This document shows, piece by piece, positions 1 through 11,340 of a stretch of 64,000 nt of DNA (its first letter is position 1; each line of letters begins with the position of its first letter). This DNA comes from Hydrolagus affinis (taxonomy: Eukaryota), in the NCBI GenBank assembly GCA_012026655.1, contig JAAILG010001076.1, positions 1 through 64,000 of the forward strand, given 5' to 3'. The position numbers and the translations under genes were made by a program. The notes beneath the pieces are model-generated. The model had not been told where the DNA came from. It did not search any database and worked only from the letters and a program-made list of their open reading frames with translations.

Positions 1-236
1 TGTTTGACAAACTTTTTACTATTTATCCAGAAGTCATGTTGAACCATTTTGGTTAAATAGCAATTCAAGCCAAGTCATCTAAAAAATCTAACAATGAAGA
101 TAGCTCACCAGGCTGTCTGAAGATATTGACATTTCTTTTTCATAAATTGAGATGGTTATAAATAATAAGCTATTATACCGCAGTTATGTTCCTCAGAGTA
201 GAAATACACAATGTCAAAGTGAAATACATCACTCAC

Positions 237-348
237 CTATGTTCTCAGTTGACAGCACAATGTCTGAGCCAATGAAAGTCGAAACATCCGCCAGTTTTTC
301 GGCAACCAGGTCAAAGTTGTGAATTATAATATATGGTCCAGGTATTAC
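237..348 (-). CDS. ADGRD2-like exon 8 (VIPGPYIIIHNFDLVAEKLADVSTFIGSDIVLSTENI)
   Basis: ttgcag acceptor, gtgagt donor; resembles the GAIN A/B junction of adhesion GPCRs. Confidence 0.78.
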
Positions 349-3300
349 CTGCAAAGTGAACATGGAAGTGCAATTAATTTAGTTCAATATTATTGATCTG
401 TAAATCACTTTCAAGCTTCATGTTATTTTTGTTGTTGTTAAGAGTAGCAAAAGGTGTGCATTCAGTTAATAAGAAATGGAGGATAAGGAGAAATGTTGTT
501 TGAAAGGACTCTATAAATTCTAATTGAAGAAATACATGATTGAATGACAATTATGGAGCAATTTGCAATAAACATATAAGTGTATCCCATTTTATAATTT
601 CCAAAAAGATTTCAGGTTCGATTAACAAGTTTCGCTACAAGACTTAACCAAAATACTGTACACACTAAATTGACAAATAAAACATGCATCAAAATCAACA
701 TCAAACAACCACGTCTCCAACAAAATGCTGCAACTCGGTGGGTTACCTCTCTGTAAAAGTAACATGTATTCTCTGATGACTCCACCATCTATTTGGCAAG
801 CACTCTAGGGACTATTCACTTAAAGTCTTTAGGTTTACAATTTAAAGAAAACCGCATGAATTATACCACTGTCAAGCTTTCATTGTTTTGTAAATTGACA
901 TGAGAAAATTTATAATTTAATGATACATGGAAATGCATAATTCTTACCTCAGACACTTCAAGCCACTGCAAGGAACACTTGCTATCTATTATTTTGCTTG
1001 CCAATTGTGCATAGTTAGTAGCCAAGTTTAAAAGAGTTTCTGAATTATTCGCTTCAGTCTCAAAACCCAGATATGCGACATTTTCCAAAAGTCTTGTCAG
1101 GGCAAGCAGATCAACAGTGGTGAGGCTTACATCGCTCTCGTCCACAGTCTCCAGTAATAACTTGGTGATATTATTTGCTCTATCCACAGTTTGTGGGTAG
1201 TCACTGTTATTTAGAAGAAGATAGTCTGCAATCTAAAACATTCAACAAATTGCATGTTTATAAATCAACCCAGGCAAATATTTATCAAACAGTACAGAGA
1301 GACTATGGTAAGTAACTAATATTTATCTACATAACTAATTTATCTGCAAATACACTACACTCTACAGTAAATTCTGTGAAGCACTTTGAGACCTTTGAAC
1401 AACATGAAACATTACTTACTGAACCACCAGTAGGAATTTTCTTTACTTGAAGAAAAAATGGAGATGGGGGGATTGAGGAAAATATTTGCATATGTTCATA
1501 CACATCTGTAAAAGTTAGACAAAAAGAATGCTTTACACAAGTTACGCACAAATAACGTTAGAGATCACCTATAAAGATTTCGAGATACAAGGCAATCATT
1601 TGGAAAATTGTTTGAAAAAATGAATGCCAAATCTTCTGCTCTGTATTACACCACTAATTGTCATCCTCCTGCAGCGCTTAACATTAGATGTGAGGTTACT
1701 ATTTATATCAAAGATAAATATATTGACAATTTTGCGCAGGAACCCAATGATGATTGCTTTCGAATAAAATGCCTTTACAATAATAGTAAACAATTAAATT
1801 AACCTTTTTTATATCTGCAGAATGTTTCTTTGAGTTGTGAGCATATTTCAGAGATCCATGCACCATTCAATGGGTCAAATGTTATGCATTCCTCTTTAGC
1901 AATTGTTATATTGATATCAGATGAAATATTGTGAAAAGGGGTTACGCTTCCATCCACCCATGAAATGTAGAAAGGTTCATATGTTTTGAATCCAAGACCT
2001 GATATGAAATAAAGAAATGGTTACATACAGCAGTATAGAATGGATGAGGTACAAAGCAAAAGAGCTTCAGTAAAATTTTGTTGAATCCTTGACTGGTAAT
2101 TCTTACAGAAAATACATTTAAAAATACTCATGAATGTCTTTGGAACTATTATCTTCCATTGAAAGTGCTTCTTTGTGTGGATTTATACTATCGGTACAAC
2201 ATATTATTCCTACCACTAGGCAGCAGCAATCTTGATTCTTCCCACTGCTACTGACATTTGGCAATCCTGCACCATCAGAATTATTGACAGAAGAAATGCT
2301 GCACTGTACAGGATTACTCATTACTTGGCTCATTGCTTTTTACTGGCATTCATCCAGGCACTGGAAACATTATTTTGTAATCATGCCATTATTTCTCGCT
2401 GGGATCACACCTTGATTTTTTTTCATCATCTGAAGACATGAATAATATAATGTATTTTAATACCTGGGCATTTCTTCAGTCTACCCATCTATAGAAATTT
2501 CTCCCTAATTAACAGAAAATCCAAGAGTCACGTGTACAAGTTTTGTTTGAAATCAGACATGGTATGATTAATTTAGCAGTGGATCTATCCACATTAACCT
2601 ATCCAATTGATTCCCTGCATGAAACTTAATTCAGGGGATGAGGGTACTTAAAGCTTTGATTGATTCGGAGAGCAGAAGTCACTGCAGGTAATGAACATTT
2701 ATTTAGAGACTGGGGGAGTGGGGAGAGAGAAATGTTCTACCAAGGTCCAGACTTTCCCAATTTCCTTCCCATTTCAAAGCACATAGAATTTGACAAATTT
2801 TTAAATGCAGCCTTAATTTTAAAGTCAATTTTCTGGAAGTGCTTTTAAGAACTGTAGATTTCCAGCCCATTTCCCACTCTAAATTCACATTTAATTAGGT
2901 TAGTGCCACCATGCTTGCCAAATGACATCAAAAGGCAAAACTGAAACAAAGAAATGTGTGTTCCAATTACAAATGTCACTTGTTTCAAATTACCTTTACA
3001 CTGAGAAAATACTTCGTACACTTGAACTGTTGGCTCAACTTGAAGAGCAGAGATATTCCATTGAAAAAATAATCCAGTCTGAGGCACCGAACAATCTTCT
3101 GCTAAAGCTTGAATCTCGCTGGAATCCAGATCACGATTCCAGATGTGAAGCTGTGTAATATTCCCAATGAAGGATTCGTCTTGCTTGAAAGAGCCACCAA
3201 ATGTGTCCTGTTCTTGACCGACAATGAAAACCCCATCTTGTCCAATATCATCAGAAAGATAGAGATCGTCTCCAGAAGCAACTATAGATCCATCAACAGC

Positions 3301-6300
3301 AATAGCCCAGCTTCCGCCTCGACGTGTCCATTTCACGCAGATATGGTGCCATCTGCCATCGTTCTCAATGGTCTGAGAGTAAGGACTATGGACACCATGG
3401 ACAAGCAAAGCTAACTGTATCTGCGCCTCATGGACTATGTTGGCGCGGAGCTGGAATTCATTAATAAAAGATGGGATTGAATAGGAAAAGATAGTGGAAA
3501 CTCCAATATAGTTTGAATCGAATTGCAATTGAGCGCAAACTGTCACAGAGTGCATTTGAGGAAACTGTTTCAGAAGCCTGGCGAACTTAGTGTCGGTTCT
3601 GCCAGAAAATGCCAGAATCTGTGAACCAAAAGAACCTGAATAAACAAAACAGAAATATTATAGTTACTGAGCTGCCATTTTTTTGTATTCACTCCAACAG
3701 TCAGTCTACTCTCTTCATTAAAAATTCACACATGGTTCTCAACCTCACCTTTAACAAATTGAAGGGAGAAGGGTTGTTTGTGATACTCTGCTGGCAAAAA
3801 TTGACTGTCATGTTTGCTTACAAATAATTAGTCACTCCACTTCACAGTAAAATCTGTGAAGCATTTTGAGAAATCCTCCTGATATGAAAGGCAAGATACC
3901 AAATTAAGGATTATTCCTATTAGATTATTACAACACAACTTGCATTTTTGCAGCATCCATCACACAGGGCAACACCTCAGAGCACTTATTAAAAATAATA
4001 ATGTAGGACTGAAATAGAGGTAACCATTTTCATAAGATATTGAAGATTTTGCTATGTTCGGTTTTAGGGTTAGGGTTTGAACTATTGTCTATCATGGTAT
4101 CACTGGCTCAGTTGATGGCACTCTAGCTTTTCAGTTGGAAGGCTGTGAGTTCAAACCCAATTTAGGACTTTGAACTCGCAGTCTAGGCTGAGACACTACT
4201 AGGAGGGGGTGCTACATTGATGGAGGTGTCATCCTTTGCATGAGATGTCAAAGTTTTAATAACCCTTATATTTGGTACAGTATCTAACATGTTGGGAAGA
4301 TGCTTAAAGTGCTTCAGGGTATTCAGTGACTCTGTAGTGACCGGATTGATTTTTTGGGAAGCAACTACAAACAATTATGATTTGTCTAATTCTGGTGTGA
4401 GCAGTTTGAACCAGAAGTTTTCTCTCCAGACCTTATTTAAACATTAAGAGTTATATTCCATCAATGGTTAACTCTCTTCCACCAGCATCTGTCTCTATAG
4501 GTACCAATGCACTCACTGCATACAGATTAGAGGATGACTGTTTGTGACTACAGTAAAAATGATCTTTAGTTGAGTTACAATATTCTATGAAACTATTCTT
4601 AAATTGTAACCAAACAGCAAGCTACGGATAAGCAAGGGCTTCCTTATCCCTATAGGCTCTGGTTTTCCTGTATTACACCTGTGTCCTTAGAAGTAAATGA
4701 CAGACACAAATACAGTACTGTATTCAAGTTTGTGCCTGAAGCTTCACTAAGATACTAATTGAGTGTGCATCAGCATCTGTGAAAACCACCTACTCATCAT
4801 AGGAGACTACATTCGAACAGTACCTTAAATATGACCCAATATTACAATATAGTTCAGGTTGAATGTCCTTGGAAACATTAATTCTAATACTAAAAACACA
4901 GTGGCTGGCACCCTTATCTTGCAGCCCAAGTTATTGCCCTGCACATTGGGTGTGACACCACTGATATTTTATTTGGTCGTACACTTGTCTGACATCTGCG
5001 GAAACACATCACCAGACTTAAGAGTATCCAAACCAAACTGAGAATTCCATGCTGTTTGACAGCAACGAGCAAAGGTAGGATCAATTTAAACCAAACTTGG
5101 GAGTATTCACTAAACTCCTTCTAGGTTTTTTTTTAAATCAATAAGAAAAAAAACTACATCTGAAGCTTTTTATTATCACTGGAAAGGTTACTAGCGCTCG
5201 GAGGCTGGTGAGCAGAGAGTTCCAGCGATCAATTTAGTGCACCTTTGAGCACATCTGTATTCCCTGGTTTGGACAAAGAGATGCAATTAAGCTTTAGAGC
5301 CGCCCTCTGTCTGAACACAGTGCCTCACATTGTAGCAAACCAGCGCCGGTCACAGCAATATTCGCTGTGTTTTCAGCTATAAACGGATGAAAAATGCTCG
5401 ACAACGTGACAAGGCGCTATACCAAATACAAAGATTATTATATTACTATTATTTATTATAATAAAATTTTATTATAATAAAATGCAGTTGTGCTCAAAAG
5501 CGATGTGACACCCCCCCCCCACCCAGGACTTGAGGTCCAGTGGTGCGTACAAATCGATTTACCTTCATAGAATAAAACATATTTCGTGGATTACATATGA
5601 CATGAAATGCAAACTTACCAGATCCGGTTTTCTTCAGTTTAGCTCCTATCCAAAGTGGATGCTTCACACCCACAGGCTGCATCAAGCTCAGGAGCTTGAG
5701 GTTGTCTTCAGCGGTGAGGATTGTGGCCAAAAATCCAAACTTTTGCCTGCACAACCTCTCCGCCTCTGTCCATGTCACCTCACCAGGGACAAACTCATAA
5801 TAATAATTCCTGTGAATGAAACATCGCCCATCTCCTGATGTTAGTGGCGATTCTGGGTGGCGGAGGGAGGGAGGGAGAGAGAGAGGGGGGGGAAGAGAGA
5901 TAAAAGGTGAGGAAGAGATAAGGGGATGGGAGAGATCAGGAGGAAGAGATGGGTGGGTGGGGGGGAGGGGGGAAGGAGAGATAAGTGGGGGTATGGAAAG
6001 ATGGAGGGGAGGGAAAGTTGGAAGGGGTGGGGTGGGGAGGGGAGGGAGAGGAGGAAGGGGGGAAAAAAAGACATCACTTTTATATCAGTCAAATCGAGTT
6101 GGTCTAAATAATCTGATTTTCCCAGATAAATGCCACTCACCTGCTGGAATGCCACGAACGCAGGAAAACTGGGGAGGAAATAGAGATATTGCATTACATC
6201 TCTTTGTATGGAGGCAGGAGGCTGGAGAGACTCAGATCTCACAGAGAGCGGGGCCACTTACTAGGAAGCTGAAGAACAGAGGGATCTCCCGTCCCCGCAT
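237..6300 (-). CDS. Adhesion GPCR D2 (GPR144)-like gene, 5' portion (8 coding exons seen; GPS and 7TM exons lie beyond the left edge)
   Basis: Spliced product: signal peptide MRGREIPLFFSFLFSCVRG, first C-type lectin half (TWTEAERLCRQKFGFLA..LWIG), pentraxin domain (DGRWHHICVKW..VGQEQDTFGG..GNITQLHIW), second lectin half, then a helical region (..WLEVSE/VIPGP..). This follows the order and motifs I recall for human ADGRD2. All introns are GT-AG with consistent phases. Ortholog versus paralog is unresolved, so no symbol is given. Confidence 0.85.
948..1232 (-). CDS. ADGRD2-like exon 7, helical region (probable GAIN subdomain A)
   Basis: 285-nt phase 0-0 exon IADYLLL..LTTVDLLALTRLLENVA..WLEVSE; gtaag donor. 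Confidence 0.82.
1420..1505 (-). CDS. ADGRD2-like exon 6 (DVYEHMQIFSSIPPSPFFLQVKKIPTGGS)
   Basis: tttacag acceptor, gtaagt donor, phase 1 to 0. Confidence 0.72.
1804..1998 (-). CDS. ADGRD2-like exon 5, C-terminal half of C-type lectin domain
   Basis: LGFKTYEPFYISWVDGSVTPFHN..EECITFDPLNGAWISEICSQLKETFCRYKK; not in the ORF track; phase 1-1. Confidence 0.85.
2994..3635 (-). CDS. ADGRD2-like exon 4, complete pentraxin/LamG domain
   Basis: 642-nt phase 1-1 exon; SVTVC..WHHICVKW..GQEQD..FIGNITQLHIWNRDL motifs (overlaps ORF 2845..3555). Confidence 0.93.
4100..4255 (+). mobile_element. Old Deu-domain-like SINE remnant (5' part)
   Basis: Degenerate tRNA head, then tctaggctgagacact..gagggggtgctacattg..ggaggtgtcatcctttgcatgagatg, as I recall for SacSINE1/AmnSINE-type elements. 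Confidence 0.55.
5619..5834 (-). CDS. ADGRD2-like exon 3, N-terminal half of C-type lectin domain
   Basis: DGRCFIHRNYYYEFVPGEVTWTEAERLCRQKFGFLATI..LWIGAKLKKTGS; AG acceptor and GTAAG donor; phase 1-1. Confidence 0.88.
5855..6065 (+). repeat. Polypurine (G/A-rich) low-complexity tract
   Basis: Runs of GGG/GA; source of the spurious G/R-rich ORFs. Confidence 0.85.
6141..6168 (-). CDS. ADGRD2-like exon 2, 28-nt micro-exon (FSCVRGIPA+G)
   Basis: tttcctccccag acceptor and gtgagt donor; phase 0 to 1 joins exons 1 and 3 in frame. Confidence 0.7.
6262..6300 (-). CDS. ADGRD2-like exon 1 CDS (MRGREIPLFFSFL)
   Basis: ATG at 6300; GTAAGT donor right after CTA; first part of a hydrophobic signal peptide. 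Confidence 0.7.
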
Positions 6301-6900
6301 TTTCCTATGAATGAGACAAAATTTTCCTGTGAATGAGACAAGAAAAACGAGTGTTTTTTTTTTACATTTTTTTAAAAAAAAAGTTACGACCCTGGATGAA
6401 AAGAGAAAGCAAAGTAACGATAGAAATCGAGAAACGAGCAAAAAGCTGGCTGGTCCGTCCATCCAACAACCCTTCACGTCAACAAAAACAAACAGTGTTT
6501 CTTTTTCAAAGAAAAAACTGTGAAAAATCCAAAAAAAATTAAATACATTTTTTTTAAAAAATTCATTTTTACTTTTTTTTAAGTTAAACTTAGAAACGTG
6601 TGTCAGAGAGGAACTCAGAACCATTTTCTCTCTCTCCTTATAATCAAACTAGAGGTGATGGAAATAGAGAGGAATAATTCAAACACAGCATCTTATCACA
6701 CAGCCAAACACTATCACCCAACCTTTCAGTCCTGAGGCTCAGGGGTGGGTAGGTGAGTGAGTGAGTAAGTGAAGGTGGCCAAGGCGGAATGTGCTCCTGT
6801 TTGATTTGTGATCACATTAATAAATAACAGAAATGCCCTTCGAAGTCGGAATAAATCCCATTTGTTGGGTGATTGATATGTGGCTGCAGGGGGTGGGAGG

Positions 6901-7000
6901 NNNNNNNNNNNNNNNNNNNNNNNNNNNNNNNNNNNNNNNNNNNNNNNNNNNNNNNNNNNNNNNNNNNNNNNNNNNNNNNNNNNNNNNNNNNNNNNNNNNN
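6901..7000. other. Assembly gap (100 N)
   Basis: N run; true length unknown. Confidence 1.
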
Positions 7001-7856
7001 CAACTGTTTCAAATCGTTCACAAAAATAACAACGACTCTAATAATGATGGTAAATGTAACGTAAAGAAAGAGGTGTTAACAGGCGGTCAATACCTACCAA
7101 TTGCTGAAGTGTTCCTGCTGCAGAACCAAGACTCTCCAAACCATAAGGCATTTCACTTCCCCAACCACACACTTGTCTTTGAAGCCAAGTGGAAATCAAG
7201 TCTGAAGGTGTGTGTGTGTGTATGTGTATATAGTGTTGTTCCACTCACTCACTCATTCCCTGCCTCTCTCTCTCTCTCTCTCGCTTTCTTATCTGAAACG
7301 ATCTGACCGACTCGCAGAATAAAGTTTGGATTCTCACAACTTGGTAGTTTCAACAACAAGAAAAAAAACTGCCTTGAAAACACAAAGCCTATTTCCCCCC
7401 CGACCCCCCACCACTCTGGTTTGTAGCTGCAGTTCACTGCAAAGTTAAGTTGCCTAGTTTCCTTCCCCACCAGCGAGATATAGTCCAGCGTTTTTTTTAA
7501 AAAAAGAAAAAAAACATAAAACGTCCCGATTTGTATTTTTATTGAAAGGGGAGAAATAAATCTTAAACCGATGACGCTTTTAAAAAAAAAGGCTTGTCGC
7601 CTCCTACTCAGACCACCAGACAAGTGAGCTGAGCTATCAGAGTGGTGACATTTAAATATTAACAAAGGCAAGTTGGAATGAGGCAGCAGCAATGTAACTC
7701 TGAGTGAGTTGTTAAAAAAAACTCGCAGCTTAGAAACCAAAACCGTTAAAAAAAAAGTCAGATTGAATTTATGCAGTGTCTACTCGAGGCCTCTCGCGTC
7801 TCTGCTTACTTTCAGTGAAAAGCAAATCTGCATTTATTCACGTTTTCCATAGACAG

Positions 7857-8147
7857 TAGTAGCTCAGTGGTTGGAGCACTCGCCTTCTCAAGTGATAGAC
7901 CAGGGTTAAATTCCCAGCAGGGCGAAATCTTGGGCATGTTTCCTTCACTCCACACGCCTGATAATAATCCCTCAAGAAAAAAATAATAAATTTGAGTCAC
8001 TTCAAACGGTGACTGTTTGTGGGACACTGCTGTGCACAATTGGCTGCCACGTTTCGCCCATAGTTAATTCACTTTACAGTATATTGTGTGAAGCGCTTTG
8101 AGGCGTCTAGAAGATGCGGCGCTATATCAAATGCAAGGATTATTAAT
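7857..8147 (+). mobile_element. tRNA-derived SINE (young family), near full length
   Basis: Box A TAGCTCAGTGG, Box B-like GGTTAAATTCC, body gtgggacactgctgtg, tail tatcaaatgcaaggattatta. Confidence 0.85.
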
Positions 8148-10933
8148 GTTGCAGGAACGATCCTTAATCATTCCGACTCTTTTCTGTCCTTAATTTATAA
8201 GGAGCAAAATCAAAAGCTGGAAGATGTTGCCAGGAAAGCTGTTGTAGGCCAAAACACTGATCTTCAACACTATATTTTTGGTCAAGCCTACTGTTTGACA
8301 CTTGTGGAAACCCATCCCTATACTTAAAAAGTATTCAAACTGAGAATTCCATGTATCCCAATCTTCACATGAAAATTACAGATAGATTATTGGAATGGAA
8401 TGCACATGCTCTCCCCAACAATGTATCAAATGCAAGGATTATTATGTTCAATTTAATCACTCTATTCCAAACAAGATTTGAAGGTGTCAGACTGGCTCAC
8501 TTGGTACCATGCTTGTCTTGAGTCAGGAGGTTGTGGATTCAAACCACATGTTGATTTGCTGTGAGCTGCTGCATCTGCCTGCAAAGAACCGTCATTTAGT
8601 ACTTTACAGTACTTCTTGAGACATCCTCATGTCATGAAAGGTGCAAAATTAAATGCACTCTTTTATGATAACAAGTAACTTTGTTGTGAACATTTATCCA
8701 TTCTGTCAAATAATTGTAATATTGAATTCTGCACAATAAAACATGTAGTGTAATAATCTGTAGGGAGTTGGCTTTGCCTAACGTTTTGAGAATTTCTACC
8801 GTGAAAGGTGCTATATAAATGTAAATTTGTTGTTTAATGGGCATGGAAACACAGTCATTGGAAACCATTATATTAGCGTCATAAACTCACTGCAATAGCA
8901 GTAGTGAATGCTCTTTTAGTAGAGCAACATTTCCATTAGCAAAGCATAACATCTGAAGAAATCTCTGGGTGTGTAAATTACTATGTGGAGTACGAACAAG
9001 TTACATTTAAGGGTGGGGGGGATATTTATTTTCAGCAGCACACCGGGCGCTATATCAATGCAAACTGCTGTAGGATAAAAGGCAGTAATCAAAGACATCA
9101 AAACATAAGACAGTTAGTAACTAGCTGCCTTTTTAAAAAATACATTCAGTTAAATTTGGCAACTTCGTTTTATTTTGCCTTTACTCATTTCTCAGCAGTA
9201 GGTGTCAGGGTGGCCATTAACATTCAGGAAGCTCTGTGCCGTTGCTACATGACAATACATCCCATCAGTCTTTACTGAGATTACTGTCAATTTATCCTCA
9301 CAGTAGAGCATATTCAATACAGCAATGTTTAATATTAAAAGAAAAACAATTTGGTTCCACAAAATTTGTTGTTCAGCATGGTATTTGCCACTGTTGATAT
9401 ACATTGTGATTGCCACAATCATACAAAAATTTCCAACTAGGTTTCATATGACCCAAATTCCACAAGTCAGTAGCACAATACTGTCCTGATAATTACAAGA
9501 CCTAATTAAATATACAACTTTATTCTGGTTTTAGCATTATGTTGGAAGGATGCAACCCGAGACATTTTGAAATAATTGGTAAAGTTAAGAAAGATTATGG
9601 CTGTGTATCCACATTTTAAAGTACCAAATCAACTTTTATTATAAACATTAATTCTTCTTTACACTCGTATACACATGATTAAGGGGGCACTTTTTTGATT
9701 CAAATTAATAAAACAAAAATCTGTCCTGCTATAAATAAATTGCATGTTTTCGGCATGGCATTCCATTTGGTGTTCAGTATTTACAAATTATCCCTTTGAT
9801 TTTAATTATAGCCAGACCAGACAAAGGCAAATCGTTTCCCTTTAACTCAGCGCTAACCATTACATTGTTGTGGTAACCATACGAGACTTAGAATTTAGAA
9901 TAAGGAATTCCATATGGCTCCATTGAAAAGATTGTAAATTAGTACTCAATTATGGACAATTGTGGGTTGATATTGGTTATTTCACAAATCCTTTATAGAC
10001 GGCATAGAGAGGTGAGAGACTTGTGTGTGGTGTGTGTTATACAGTGAATGTGCATAAGAGAAAGAGCACAAGTGACCAGAATCGCCTTGGGCTTTCATTC
10101 TATGCTTGTTGTAAGCCAGGTTTAGAAGCGAAAGCTAAGTATGCTGACAACTAGAATTCTTAGTTTCCTCCTTTTCCCAATACATTTCCACTGCAGTTGA
10201 TCAGATAGTCCAACATGTGTGAGGAAAGTTATTATATTCCATCAACTGGAATGCTTTCCTCCATTCTTTATAGGTTAAAACATCAAGGACCATACTCTTT
10301 TTCAATGCCTTGGGATGTCCTCCTAATGTGAAAGGCACTCTATAAATATAATGTTGTTGTTGTTGTTATAGCTGCCTCTACTGTGTAAAACCACTGACAT
10401 CTTTGAAGAAGCTACAGTGAATTTGTAATGTTAAACAATTTTTCAAGTTTTGCATCTAAAGTCAAGTGTTATTCTCAAGTGTTATTCTCAGATTTTGCAT
10501 TGGGTTTCATTACTGTACATGTATCTATTTGAAGAAAGTATGTATCAAAGTAGACAGGATCATGATTAGAAAACACTTCACGCATAAAAGGGTATTGTAT
10601 TGCATATTAATACATCAATGGGTTGGACTGGAGAGTTGTGCCATACATATCTCTAGGTAGATCCAAACATTCCCACCATTAACCTACGTACCAGAGAATC
10701 AGCAATTCTACACCACATAAGTTAAAGTAGGTGGTGGTGGGAAGTGCAGTTAGACAGGTTACATTTATCTAACTCGCTGAGGTAAAGAAATCTACTAAAT
10801 CAGGTGGATTGTAAACCTAGATTCTGCAGTCTAAGTGCAATAAAACAAATATTATTTGCAATAGCTTTGCTACATACAAATTAAATGTGAAGCTTTACTT
10901 AATGCATTTACAGTATTATGTGTAGGTCATCTG

Positions 10934-11340
10934 TCAAACCCACTTAACACCTCCGGGTGAAGAATTTTCTGACGATGGTCCCTGGAGTGTGTACACAACT
11001 TTCTTAATACCTCTATCACGCCAGCTACCGTGGTCAACATTTGCCCTGGTTGTCTTTATGTTTTCCTGCTTTTTCTTTTCAAAACTGTCAGCACGATTGG
11101 AAGATCTCCCCTTCTCACTCAGAAGTTGGTGGATTACGTCAAGGAGTGAGGTGCCCGCTGATTCTAGTGCACTGACCATTAGCTGAAGTTCTTTCATGTC
11201 CAATTTGTTTTCTTTGTGTGAGGACATGTTTACCTCATCAGAAAAGGGACAAAGTGCACTAAAGTTATCCGTTACATACTTAGCTGAGGAACAAATTATT
11301 TCTATGCACTTCTTCAGTTGCTGGTCAGCTACATTTTCAT
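10934..11340 (-). CDS. KIF14: KIF14 last coding exon (..[17 protein letters not shown])
   Basis: C-terminus resembles human ..RVYELHGSS..RIQWV; stop at 10934-10936. Confidence 0.9.

Noticed and set aside
1569-1640. Possible 72-nt phase 1-1 exon in the ADGRD2-like gene
   Set aside because: No recognisable homology and very short flanking introns; exon 1420-1505 already links the frames. Cannot be excluded as a minor cassette.
2464-2488. Possible 25-nt exon with AG/GT ends in the ADGRD2-like gene
   Set aside because: Stop codon in the required phase, and it would shift the frame
5816-6310. 164-aa G/R-rich ORF and overlapping ORFs
   Set aside because: Produced by a polypurine low-complexity tract, antisense to real exons
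6812-7306. ORFs spanning the N run
   Set aside because: Artefacts of the assembly gap
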